This document shows, piece by piece, positions 24,980-33,763 of a stretch of 64,000 nucleotides of DNA. Position numbers and translations under genes: made by a program. The first letter of the stretch is position 1. Every line of letters begins with the position of its first letter. This DNA comes from Candidatus Woesebacteria bacterium (GTDB lineage Bacteria > Patescibacteriota > Microgenomatia > UBA1400 > UBA12108): contig JAGOVG010000001.1 of the NCBI GenBank assembly GCA_018060845.1, forward strand, positions 152,740 through 216,739, in the 5' to 3' direction. Under the pieces are notes generated by a model. It was given only the letters and a program-made list of their open reading frames with translations. It made no database searches and was not told the origin of the DNA.

Positions 24980-25824
24980 GTAAAACTACTCGGTTACAAC
25001 AACTGCTACTTCCGAATGACAAAATCGCGATTGCGGCGCTAGACCATAGGGGATCACTCAAAGAGAACCTGCACCCTGAAAACCCAGAAATCACTAGTGA
25101 CGCAGAGATACTAGAGTGGAAGAAGAGGATGATCGCCTTGTATAAAGATAGGGTATCAGGACTGTTGGTTGATCCAATTTATGGGAAGAAGCTGATTGAT
25201 ACATCACTCAAACCTGGTTGGATGATGTCGATGGAGAAGACAGGATATAAGGGAGGGAAAGAAGCGAGGGTGACCGAAATCCTAGAAAACTGGAGTGTGA
25301 AGCAAGCCAAAGAAATGGGTGCTTGTTCGGTCAAACTACTTTTGTACTATGACCCTGATAACTTGGAGCTAGCAAAAAAACAAAAAGAAATCGCACTAAA
25401 ACTCTCACAGGAGTGTGAGCGTGAGGGCATGGTGTTTTTGCTGGAGCCACTAAGCTATCTTGTTGAGGGCAGTCGCGAAGACGAGGTGATAAGGATTGTT
25501 AAAGACCTGGCTGACATCCCAGTCGACATCTATAAATCTGAGTATCCTGGGACTAGACGAGCATGCGAGGAGATAACTCGCCTGATCAAAGCACCGTGGG
25601 TGCTACTGTCAGCTGGGATGGAGTATTCGCAGTACAAATTAGCATTAGAGACTGCATGTCAGAGTGGAGCGTCCGGGTTTGCGGTAGGAAGAGCGCTATG
25701 GCAAGAGTTTGGGCAGTATGAGGGGGAGGCGCGAGAGCGTTACTTTAGCGAGATTGCATCGACTCGTATGGACGAACTCTTGGCGATAGTTGAGAGAGAT
25801 GGTATTAAGGTAGAACTCACATGA
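24976..25824 (+). CDS. Class I aldolase, DeoC/LacD (tagatose-bisphosphate aldolase-like) family
   Basis: The N-terminus, IAIAALDHRGSLKENL, resembles LacD's ALAFDQRGAL, and the fold looks like a TIM barrel. The substrate is uncertain. Confidence 0.5.
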   Translation: MSKTTRLQQLLLPNDKIAIAALDHRGSLKENLHPENPEITSDAEILEWKKRMIALYKDRVSGLLVDPIYGKKLIDTSLKPGWMMSMEKTGYKGGKEARVTEILENWSVKQAKEMGACSVKLLLYYDPDNLELAKKQKEIALKLSQECEREGMVFLLEPLSYLVEGSREDEVIRIVKDLADIPVDIYKSEYPGTRRACEEITRLIKAPWVLLSAGMEYSQYKLALETACQSGASGFAVGRALWQEFGQYEGEARERYFSEIASTRMDELLAIVERDGIKVELT

Positions 25825-26843
25825 ATCTAAAAAGTATCACCAAAGCTAATGTGTCAGGCCGACGCATAGTTGTACGGGTTGATTGGAATGTGACGACTGG
25901 GCGAGCTCTCCAAATAATTGATGATACGCGCATCGTTAGGACACTGCCAACGATAAAATGGTTAATGAGTAATGGGGCAAAGCAAATAACTTTGTTGTCA
26001 CACCTAGGTAAGGCAGAGGAGATGCGGAGTATAGAGCCGGTTGCTAAATACGCAGAACAACTACTCTCGGAGAATATTGCTCTTTATAAGACCATATATG
26101 AATGCAGCGCTGACAGCAATTCGCGTATCAAGATGCTAGAGAATGTGAGGTTGTGGGAGGGGGAGGATAGCAACGATGTAGACTTTTCACTGGAGTTAGC
26201 GAGTCTCGGAGAGATCTATGTGAACGAAGCATTTGGGGAGTGTCATCGAGAGAGCGCAAGTATTGTTGGGATCACCAAACATTTACCTAGTTATGCAGGA
26301 CTGTGGCTAGAAGATGAGGTAGAAGCGGTACTGAAAGTTAGGGAGAACCCTGAACACCCACTTGTGGTAGTGATGGGTGGGGCCAAAGTAGAGGACAAGT
26401 TACCTTTATTAAAACTACTCGCAGAGAGGGCAGATACCATACTGGTCGGCGGCAAGCTAGCTAATGAGCTGCAAGGTGAAAGGATAAAGTTAAGCGGTAA
26501 AGCAAAAGTATTATTACCATTAGAAGGTTCGGATATCCTAGATATAGGCGATGCGACTAGAAAGATTTTTGAAGCAGAAATAGATAAAGCCAAAACTATT
26601 GTGTGGAACGGGCCGATGGGTAGGGTAGAGGATGCGGAGTACAGAGCAGGGACAGAAGCGATATTTAATGCAATTGCGAGGAATGAGTGTGCATATACAC
26701 TAGTCGGTGGTGGTGATACGCTCTCTGCGGTTAGCCACGAGGAACAGATTAGTCGAATAGATCATGTCTCGACTGGGGGTGGGTCGATGCTAAAACTGCT
26801 AGAAAAAGGGAACTTGCCAGGTCTATCAGTGTTAGAATCATAG
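25821..26843 (+). CDS. pgk: Phosphoglycerate kinase
   Basis: VSGRRIVVRVDWNV at the N-terminus. LVGGGDTLSAV...VSTGGGSMLKLLEKGNLPGLSVL at the C-terminus. Confidence 0.8.
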   Translation: MNLKSITKANVSGRRIVVRVDWNVTTGRALQIIDDTRIVRTLPTIKWLMSNGAKQITLLSHLGKAEEMRSIEPVAKYAEQLLSENIALYKTIYECSADSNSRIKMLENVRLWEGEDSNDVDFSLELASLGEIYVNEAFGECHRESASIVGITKHLPSYAGLWLEDEVEAVLKVRENPEHPLVVVMGGAKVEDKLPLLKLLAERADTILVGGKLANELQGERIKLSGKAKVLLPLEGSDILDIGDATRKIFEAEIDKAKTIVWNGPMGRVEDAEYRAGTEAIFNAIARNECAYTLVGGGDTLSAVSHEEQISRIDHVSTGGGSMLKLLEKGNLPGLSVLES

Positions 26844-26846
26844 CGT

Positions 26847-27425
26847 ATGAAGCTATTAGTTTTTGATGTAGAGACAAAAAAAGCATTTGATGAGGTGGGT
26901 GGATATCATCCCGAAAAACTCGGAGTGAGCATCATTGGGACTTATTGGCGAGATGAGAGTATAGAGGAATATGTGGGCTACCGCGAAGGCAATTTTTCAC
27001 CATTTTGGCGAAAGCTAGAAACTGCGGATTTGGTAGTTGGTTTTAACATTATTAGTTTTGATTACGAGACGCTAAAACCGTATTACACAGGATCATTTAA
27101 ACAGTTCCCGAGTCTCGACATTATGGTCGAAATGGAGAAACATTTGGGACACAGAGTGTCCTTAGATGCAGTTGCCAAAGAGACACTAGGTGAGCAAAAG
27201 AATGGGCACGGACTCGATGCAATACGTTACTATCATGATGGAGATTGGGAATCGCTAGAGAAGTATTGTATGCAGGATGTCAAAGTGACAAAAGATATTT
27301 ATGAGTATGGGGTCGCTAATAAAGTGTTGAGATTTAAGAATAAATGGAACAACATAATTGAAGTGCCAGTCAACTTTGATAAGAGTGGGCAAGAAGAAAA
27401 AACAGTGCAGACTACACTTTTTTAA
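26847..27425 (+). CDS. DEDD-family 3'-5' exonuclease (RNase H-like fold)
   Basis: LVFDVETKKAF (Exo I), FNIISFDYE (Exo II) and YCMQDVKVT (Exo III-like). Confidence 0.55.
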   Translation: MKLLVFDVETKKAFDEVGGYHPEKLGVSIIGTYWRDESIEEYVGYREGNFSPFWRKLETADLVVGFNIISFDYETLKPYYTGSFKQFPSLDIMVEMEKHLGHRVSLDAVAKETLGEQKNGHGLDAIRYYHDGDWESLEKYCMQDVKVTKDIYEYGVANKVLRFKNKWNNIIEVPVNFDKSGQEEKTVQTTLF

Positions 27426-27496
27426 GTTAAAGTTCTTGATTTTTAATTAACTTGGATTATGATAGGTATAGTTTATTGGTAGTTGGAGGATCTTTT

Positions 27497-27901
27497 ATGT
27501 CTTCGTTTAGATTTCGGAAAAAAACAGAATACGGGCTAATGATGGTGGCCTTATTAGCTAAAGCGGGCGAAGGCAAACTAGTATCAGTTGCGAGCATGCA
27601 GGACTACGGATTACCCAGATCATTTTTGGTTAAGATTGCGCGTGATTTGATAAAAGCAAAACTAGTCGTTGCCAAAGAGGGCAGGGGTGGTGGTTACAGC
27701 CTGACACAAGACCCACAAAAGATTACTCTCAAGCATGTGGTCGAAGCGATAGAGGGGCAGGTAGCTACAGCATCATGTCTAGTGCATGGAGCTAAGAAAT
27801 GTCCGCTCGAGGGTAAGTGTCCTCACCGCAATGTCATGATCAAGCTAACTGAGCATCTAGGGTCCGTACTCTCGGAATACAAGCTGAGCGACCTAGGTTG
27901 A
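27497..27901 (+). CDS. Rrf2-family transcriptional regulator (IscR/SufR-like)
   Basis: FRFRKKTEYGLMMVALLAK...SFLVKIARDL and a Cys-containing C-terminus (C..GKCPH). Upstream of sufCB. Confidence 0.7.
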   Translation: MSSFRFRKKTEYGLMMVALLAKAGEGKLVSVASMQDYGLPRSFLVKIARDLIKAKLVVAKEGRGGGYSLTQDPQKITLKHVVEAIEGQVATASCLVHGAKKCPLEGKCPHRNVMIKLTEHLGSVLSEYKLSDLG

Positions 27902-28587
27902 GTATGAGTGAGCTACTCGAGGTCTCTGACCTCACGGGAAGTATTGGCGGAAAAAGCGTTTTAAAGAATATCTCTTTTCGGCTTAAGTCAGGATCGCTTC
28001 TTGCGATAGTGGGAGCTAATGGAGGTGGCAAGAGCAGCTTGGCACAAGTGTTAATGGGTAACCCTGATTACCAGATAGATCGTGGCAGAGTTTTGATTGA
28101 CAGGCAAGAGCTACAAGGTTTGACGGTTGATGAGCGAGCGAGGCTCGGGCTATATGTCGCCTGGCAGAACCCTATATCGATCCCCGGAGTTACAGTTTTT
28201 TCTTTGTGTAAAGCTGCGTACGAAGCAAATGGCCACACGATCAAGAAGTTGGTCGAGTTTAAAAAGTTACTCGAAGAACTGGCAGTATCGGTCGGATTGA
28301 CCACTGAACATGTTGCTCGTTTTGTAAACGATGGGTTTAGTGGGGGAGAGAAAAAGAGGCTAGAACTACTACAGCTATTGCTACTTAAACCCAAGCTTGT
28401 TGTACTCGATGAGATTGATTCTGGCTTAGATCAGGACGGGCGAGCGCTTATCGTAAAAGTTGTTAGAGAGCTAAGAGATAGTGGCGCCGGGTTGATTGTG
28501 ATATCACACTACGAACAGTTAATCAGTGAGTTAAAACCCGATGTGGTTATGGAGATGGCGAATGGACAACTACAACCTAGGGTTTAA
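27898..28587 (+). CDS. sufC: Fe-S cluster assembly ATPase SufC
   Basis: LEVSDLTGSIGGKSVLKNISF...IVGANGGGKSSLAQVLMGNPDY, plus an ABC signature and Walker B. Confidence 0.85.
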   Translation: MSMSELLEVSDLTGSIGGKSVLKNISFRLKSGSLLAIVGANGGGKSSLAQVLMGNPDYQIDRGRVLIDRQELQGLTVDERARLGLYVAWQNPISIPGVTVFSLCKAAYEANGHTIKKLVEFKKLLEELAVSVGLTTEHVARFVNDGFSGGEKKRLELLQLLLLKPKLVVLDEIDSGLDQDGRALIVKVVRELRDSGAGLIVISHYEQLISELKPDVVMEMANGQLQPRV

Positions 28588-29941
28588 AAGTAATACAGAT
28601 AAGTATCAATACATAGCTCCTCGGGGATTGTCGAGAGATATCGTGCAAGAAATATCCAAAAGAAAAGATGAGCCTGCGTGGATGCTCGACATACGCCTTG
28701 CGGCTCTTGAGCAATTTGAAAAAATGCCAATCCCCACGTGGGGAGCGGATCTAAGTAAGATTAAGTGGGAAGAGATTCATTATTACCTAAAGAGTGTGGA
28801 TAGACCATATAAGAGCTGGGACCAGGTGCCCGACGCGGTTAGGCGAGTATTTGACGAGATAGGGGTCCCGGCAGCTGAGCGAGAATACCTCGCGGGTGTG
28901 GGCGGCCAATATGATAGTGAGATGATTTATCATTCGCTCAAAACTACACTCTCCAAAAAAGGAGTGATATTTTTGTCAATGGACGAGGGGTTAAAACAAT
29001 ATCCAGAGATAGTAAAAGCGCACTTTGGCAAGGTTGTGCCTTATGGCGACAATAAGCTGGCTGCGTTAAATACGGCTGTCTGGAGCGGAGGTAGTTTTGT
29101 TTACATTCCTGAAGGAGTTAAGGTGGATCTACCACTGCAAGCCTATTTTAGAATTAACGCTGAGAACGCGGGACAGTTTGAGCGGACGCTAATAGTGGCT
29201 GAAGAGAACTCTAGTGTGCATTATGTAGAGGGTTGCTCGGCACCTGCATATTCTAGCGCTAGCTTGCATGCTGCTGTTGTTGAGGTAGTAGTTGAGCCAA
29301 CAGCCTTGGTTAGATATACGACCGTCCAGAACTGGTATAAGAATGTCTATAACCTAGTAACCAAGCGGGCGATGGTATCAACTGATGCACGGATGGAGTG
29401 GGTAGACTGTAATCTGGGTAGTTGTGTGACGATGAAGTATCCATCGTGTATATTGGCGGGCCCTCGGGCACATGGTGAGATGCTATCGATTGCAGTTGCA
29501 GGATCCGGGCAGCAATTAGATGCAGGGGCTAAGATGATACATCTAGCACCCAACACAACGAGTCGAATAGTGTCTAAGTCGATTAGTCAAAATGGCGGGA
29601 GGAGTAGTTATCGTGGGCAGGTTAAGATAACGCCTGCTGCTGTCGGATCGCGGAGTAAAGTGATATGTGATGCGCTGATTATGGATGAGCAATCCAGGTC
29701 CGATACTTATCCCAATAATCAAGTGATGACGGGGGATGCAACACTTGAGCATGAGGCGTTTGTTTCGCGGGTGGGGGCAGAACAGCTAATGTATTTGATG
29801 GGCAGAGGGCTGAGTGAAGCTGAAGCACAGACGATGATTATTAGAGGATTTTTGGAACCCATTGTGTCGGAGCTACCTCTTGAATATGCGGTAGAACTTA
29901 ATCGGCTAGTGAAGATGCAGATGGAGGGGAGCGTTGGATAA
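28562..29941 (+). CDS. sufB: Fe-S cluster assembly protein SufB
   Basis: SufBD-family C-terminus (...LMYLMGRGLSEAEAQTMIIRGFLEPIV), about 460 aa. Confidence 0.85.
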   Translation: MDNYNLGFKSNTDKYQYIAPRGLSRDIVQEISKRKDEPAWMLDIRLAALEQFEKMPIPTWGADLSKIKWEEIHYYLKSVDRPYKSWDQVPDAVRRVFDEIGVPAAEREYLAGVGGQYDSEMIYHSLKTTLSKKGVIFLSMDEGLKQYPEIVKAHFGKVVPYGDNKLAALNTAVWSGGSFVYIPEGVKVDLPLQAYFRINAENAGQFERTLIVAEENSSVHYVEGCSAPAYSSASLHAAVVEVVVEPTALVRYTTVQNWYKNVYNLVTKRAMVSTDARMEWVDCNLGSCVTMKYPSCILAGPRAHGEMLSIAVAGSGQQLDAGAKMIHLAPNTTSRIVSKSISQNGGRSSYRGQVKITPAAVGSRSKVICDALIMDEQSRSDTYPNNQVMTGDATLEHEAFVSRVGAEQLMYLMGRGLSEAEAQTMIIRGFLEPIVSELPLEYAVELNRLVKMQMEGSVG

Positions 29942-29965
29942 TATGAGTTTACTCGCTAATTTGAG

Positions 29966-30083
29966 TTCGATGTACTTCACGCAAAAAAGCGGTCTACCTG
30001 AGTCTGGTGACTCAGCTACCTCGATCTCGTCCCGCCGCGGGCGGGACTGCGATAAATTTTTTGACTGTGAAATACATCTCCAC
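29966..30083. repeat. Intergenic repeat family C, copy 1: two hairpins then a T-tract, between sufB and the SufD-like gene
   Basis: gttcgatgtacttcacgcaaaaaagcggtct-[CTGAGTCtggtGACTCAG]-cctcgatctcg-[TCCCGCCgcgGGCGGGA]-ctgcgataaattttttgactgtgaaatacatctccac. Confidence 0.65.
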
Positions 30084-30106
30084 TCTTCATGTTGCGAGAG
30101 ATTGAT

Positions 30107-30574
30107 ATGAAAAAAATTCTCAAGAGATATGACCAGCCAGGTAAGTGGGAAGTAGTAATCCCATTTGATGAGCAGGGGATAGAGCTGGAGTGGACGGGAA
30201 TAGTTGATGCAAGACTGCCTGGTGAATACAATTTAACTGTAATTACCGAGCATAGTATGGCAAAGACAAGAGGTAGAGTAACAGTGAGAGCGGTGTGTGG
30301 AGAGGAGTCGACTGTCTCGCTTAACGGGATAATACGGATCGCCAAAGAGGCCCAAGAAACTGATGACTTTTTGGAGCTTAGAGTGTTAACGCTCGGATCA
30401 AAATCACGCGCAACAGTTGAGCCTGAGCTAGAAATAGAAGCTAATAATGTCCGTGCCAGTCATGCGGCGAGTGTAGGGAAGATTGACCCAGAGCAGCTCT
30501 TGTATTTGCAAAGTCGAGGACTAAGTAAAAATGATGCACAAAAGCAGATCATAGAGGGTTGGTTAGGCGTATAA
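30107..30574 (+). CDS. Short SufD-like protein (SufBD-family C-terminal domain only)
   Basis: ...ASHAASVGKIDPEQLLYLQSRGLSKNDAQKQIIEGWL. At about 155 aa it is far shorter than a canonical SufD. Confidence 0.6.
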   Translation: MKKILKRYDQPGKWEVVIPFDEQGIELEWTGIVDARLPGEYNLTVITEHSMAKTRGRVTVRAVCGEESTVSLNGIIRIAKEAQETDDFLELRVLTLGSKSRATVEPELEIEANNVRASHAASVGKIDPEQLLYLQSRGLSKNDAQKQIIEGWLGV

Positions 30575-30585
30575 TTGGCTGCATG

Positions 30586-31806
30586 TTTGATCCAAAAGTT
30601 GTAAAAAAAGATTTCCCGATATTGTCGAGAATGGTTAATGGTAAGAGTTTGGTGTATCTAGACTCTGGTGCAACCTCGCAAAAACCCACAATGGTACTAG
30701 AGGCAGAACGCGATTACTACGAACAGCACAATGCCAATGTGCATCGTGGAGCGCATACTCTAGGGGACGAGGCGACCTCGCTCCTGGCAGAAGCGAGAGC
30801 AGCCGTTGCTGATTTTATCGGTGGCACACCCAGAGAGACCATTTTTGTTCGTAATACGACCGAAGCGATAAACTTAGTTGCCTATGGGTGGGGATTAGAT
30901 AACCTCAAAGAGGGTGATGTCATACTATCTACGGAGATGGAGCACCATTCTAACTTGGTACCATGGCAGCAGGTAGCAAAGAGGACGGGAGCGAGGGTAG
31001 AGCTCATTAAGATCACAGAAGCAGGGATATTGGACCAAGAAGACTATAAACAAAAGCTCAAACTAAAACCCAAATTAGTAGTGATAGTGCACGTGTCTAA
31101 CGCGCTAGGGACAATTAATCCCGTTCTTGAGATGACAAAGGCCGCACATAAGGTGGGTGCCTTAGTACTAGTTGACGGTGCGCAGGCAATGCCGCACATG
31201 AAGGTAGACGTAAGCGAAATAGGCTGCGATTTTTATGCGTTTTCGGGTCATAAAATGCTAGGTCCTATGGGGATCGGGGTATTGTGGGGTCGTCACGAAC
31301 TCCTTTCTGCCATGTCACCATTTTTATGTGGGGGAGGGATGATAAGCGAAGTCTATCCTGATCACTCTACCTGGGCAGATCTGCCTGACAAGTTTGAGGC
31401 AGGAACACCAAATGTAGCAGGCGCCGCTGGACTAATGGCAGCGATTAAATATCTAAATACTCTCGGCATGGAGCAGGTAAGGGAACATGACCGCCTACTC
31501 GTTTCTTATGCAATAGAGCGGATTGAGAGTATAGAGGGGATTAGGATACTCGGGAGTCGTGACAGCAATCTGCGCAGTGGGAGCGTTAGTTTTCTCTACC
31601 CAGGCGTCCATGCTCACGATGTGGCTACAATCCTAGATTCGGAGGGGGTAGCAGTTAGGTCAGGGCACCACTGTACTATGGTTTTACACAAAGCTCTAGG
31701 TATCGCCGCATCGGTTCGAGCTAGCTTTAACGTCTATACTACGAACGAAGATATCGATGCGCTAGTTACTGCCTTAGCTAAAGTACAAAAAGTATTTGGT
31801 AAATAA
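30586..31806 (+). CDS. sufS: Cysteine desulfurase SufS (class V aminotransferase)
   Basis: YLDSGATSQKP, the PLP-Lys region FSGHKMLGPMGIGVLWG, and the active Cys in RSGHHCT. Confidence 0.85.
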   Translation, partial: FDPKVVKKDFPILSRMVNGKSLVYLDSGATSQKPTMVLEAERDYYEQHNANVHRGAHTLGDEATSLLAEARAAVADFIGGTPRETIFVRNTTEAINLVAYGWGLDNLKEGDVILSTEMEHHSNLVPWQQVAKRTGARVELIKITEAGILDQEDYKQKLKLKPKLVVIVHVSNALGTINPVLEMTKAAHKVGALVLVDGAQAMPHMKVDVSEIGCDFYAFSGHKMLGPMGIGVLWGRHELLSAMSPFLCGGGMISEVYPDHSTWADLPDKFEAGTPNVAGAAGLMAAIKYLNTLGMEQVREHDRLLVSYAIERIESIEGIRILGSRDSNLRSGSVSFLYPGVHAHDVATILDSEGVAVRSGHHCTMVLHKALGIAASVRASFNVYTTNEDIDALVTALAKVQKVFGK

Positions 31807-31808
31807 AA

Positions 31809-32183
31809 ATGGATATATACCGCGAAGACGTGATGGATCATTACGAGCACCCTCGTAATCAAGGGTCCTTCGATGATACTCAGGATAAAGAGATTATTGA
31901 AGGTAGAGATAGTAATGCCTCATGTGGGGATATGGTGCAGTTTCAGCTTAGAGTTGAGGATGGCATAGTCGTAGAGGTTAAATGGAAGGGGATAGGGTGT
32001 GCGATTACGACGGCAGCAGCGAGCAAACTGTCTGAGTACCTACAAGGTCGGAATTTGAAGAAGTTGCGTGGGATGAGTGAGGATCAGTTAATTAAAGAAG
32101 CGATTGGATTTGAAGTAAACCCAGGGAGGATTAAGTGTTTGACGCTGCCTACTCGGGTAGTGTGGAAGCTTTTGCAAAATTAA
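31809..32183 (+). CDS. sufU: SufU/IscU-type Fe-S scaffold
   Basis: DHYEHPRNQG...ASCGDM...KGIGCAITTAAAS, the three conserved Cys of SufU. Confidence 0.8.
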   Translation: MDIYREDVMDHYEHPRNQGSFDDTQDKEIIEGRDSNASCGDMVQFQLRVEDGIVVEVKWKGIGCAITTAAASKLSEYLQGRNLKKLRGMSEDQLIKEAIGFEVNPGRIKCLTLPTRVVWKLLQN

Positions 32184-33207
32184 GATTGGGGAGTCGATCT
32201 AGCGAGGTGGGCTCTATAAAATCATTTCTAAGATATTGATGGTAAGCAGCGACACCGATCATGGCAGCGTTGTCAGTGATCATTTTTTTGGTGTAGGGAT
32301 AGTGCACTCTTAGACCATATTCTTTGGCTAGGTTGCGCGTAGACTCACGTAGCTCTGTGTTACTAACGACGCCACCACCCAAGAGGAGCATCTGTGGGGA
32401 ATATAAATCGATTGCACGGCGGAGCCGCTTCATTAAGTGTTTGAATACCGCCGATTGAAAGCTAGCGGCAAAGTCCTGGATAAATTCTTTTGTTAATTCT
32501 GGCTTTTCTCGTTCTAGATACTGGCGTGCAGCAGTTTTTAAACCAGAAAAACTAAAGTTAAGGTCTGGCCGTGTAGTCATGGGTTCGGGGAGGCGGACTC
32601 TCGGTGTTCCTGCTTTGGCCATCTCGGCAAGGATAGGGCCACCTGGGTAGCCGAGCATGAGCAACCGCGCTACTTTGTCATATGCTTCGCCTGCTGCATC
32701 ATCGAGAGTGGCGCCTAGGAGCTCATAATCGCCAATACCCTTCATGAGCACTAGCTCGGTGTGACCACCGGAGATCAGGAAGCCTATCGCTGGGTAGAGA
32801 GGGGAGACTAGGCCACGAGTACCATTTTTGGTTTGTGCAAAAGCACTTAGCAGGTGTCCCTCCATGTGGTTGACGGCGATTAGAGGTAGGTTGTGTTTGT
32901 TAGCTAGTACTTTGGCATAGGCAATACCCTGTTCGAGAGAAGGGGCGAGACCGGGGCCACGGGTCACGGCTATAGCATCTAATTGTCGTAAATCCTTAAT
33001 ACCAGCCTTGCGTAGGGCGAGGTCAACTACTTTTGGTAGCCATTCTTGGTGAAGCCGCTTGGCGATATCTGGCACAGTGCCACCCCAGTCGGCGTGGTAG
33101 CTGGTCTGGGTGGAGACAACGTTACTAATTACGTGGAGACCTCGGGTGACGGCGGCACAAGTGTCGTCGAGACTGGTTTCGATGCTGAGTATGGTTGGTT
33201 CTTGCAT
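32149..33207 (-). CDS. tsaD: tRNA N6-adenosine threonylcarbamoyltransferase TsaD
   Basis: ILSIETSLDDTCAAV..., HMEGHLLS and GGVVSN match the family. Confidence 0.85.
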   Translation of the reverse strand: MQEPTILSIETSLDDTCAAVTRGLHVISNVVSTQTSYHADWGGTVPDIAKRLHQEWLPKVVDLALRKAGIKDLRQLDAIAVTRGPGLAPSLEQGIAYAKVLANKHNLPLIAVNHMEGHLLSAFAQTKNGTRGLVSPLYPAIGFLISGGHTELVLMKGIGDYELLGATLDDAAGEAYDKVARLLMLGYPGGPILAEMAKAGTPRVRLPEPMTTRPDLNFSFSGLKTAARQYLEREKPELTKEFIQDFAASFQSAVFKHLMKRLRRAIDLYSPQMLLLGGGVVSNTELRESTRNLAKEYGLRVHYPYTKKMITDNAAMIGVAAYHQYLRNDFIEPTSLDRLPNLNFAKASTLPE

Positions 33208-33255
33208 AACTTGGTATTATACCTGGTTGTCATCTTGGTTTATGGTATTTTACTG

Positions 33256-33352
33256 GCGAGAATCTCGTGTCAGGTAAAAACTAAGTCGTTCGTAGAGCGC
33301 TGTCGTGGTACTCACTTGGTTAGTTTTTTACTTGATTGCTCGTACTTACGCT
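33256..33352. repeat. Intergenic repeat family B, copy 1 (about 97 bp), in the tsaD/HIT divergent region
   Basis: gcgagaatctcgtgtcaggtaaaaactaagtcgttcgtagagcgctgtcgtggtactcacttggttagttttttacttgattgctcgtacttacgctgcg. About 90% identical to 48178-48275. Confidence 0.65.
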
Positions 33353-33391
33353 GCGTAAAATCGCAACACCAATATGCTAATATCTACCTAT

Positions 33392-33763
33392 ATGTCAGAC
33401 TGTATTTTTTGTAAAGTAGTGGCAGGAGAGATCCCTTGCTACAAGATATATGAGGATGAGAAGTACTTAGCGTTTTTGGACCTATTCCCGAAAACTAGTT
33501 CTCAAATGTTGGTGATACCCAAAGTTCACACAGAGTGGGTGTGGGACGTACCAGAACTAGGAGAGTATTATGAGGTAGCCGGCAAGGTGGCTAGGCATGT
33601 TAGAGAGATCGATAATGGGGCGCCTGTTAGACAAATGGTGTTTGGTTTTCAAGTTCCACATGCACACATCCAATTACGACCTGGTAGAGACGATGACCGT
33701 GATGGATCACAAGCGAGTGCAGAAGAAATGGAGTCGTGGAGAGCTAAATATACAATGATTTAA
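33392..33763 (+). CDS. HIT-family (histidine triad) hydrolase
   Basis: MSDCIFCKVVAGEIPCYKIYEDEKYLAFLDLFPKT..., and HAHIQ in place of HxHxH. Confidence 0.7.
   Translation: MSDCIFCKVVAGEIPCYKIYEDEKYLAFLDLFPKTSSQMLVIPKVHTEWVWDVPELGEYYEVAGKVARHVREIDNGAPVRQMVFGFQVPHAHIQLRPGRDDDRDGSQASAEEMESWRAKYTMI

Noticed and set aside
33392-33763. HIT protein with HAHIQ instead of HxHxH
   Set aside because: The first two histidines, including the nucleophilic middle His, are present. Substitution of the third His is seen in genuine HIT family members, so this is not called a pseudo-enzyme.
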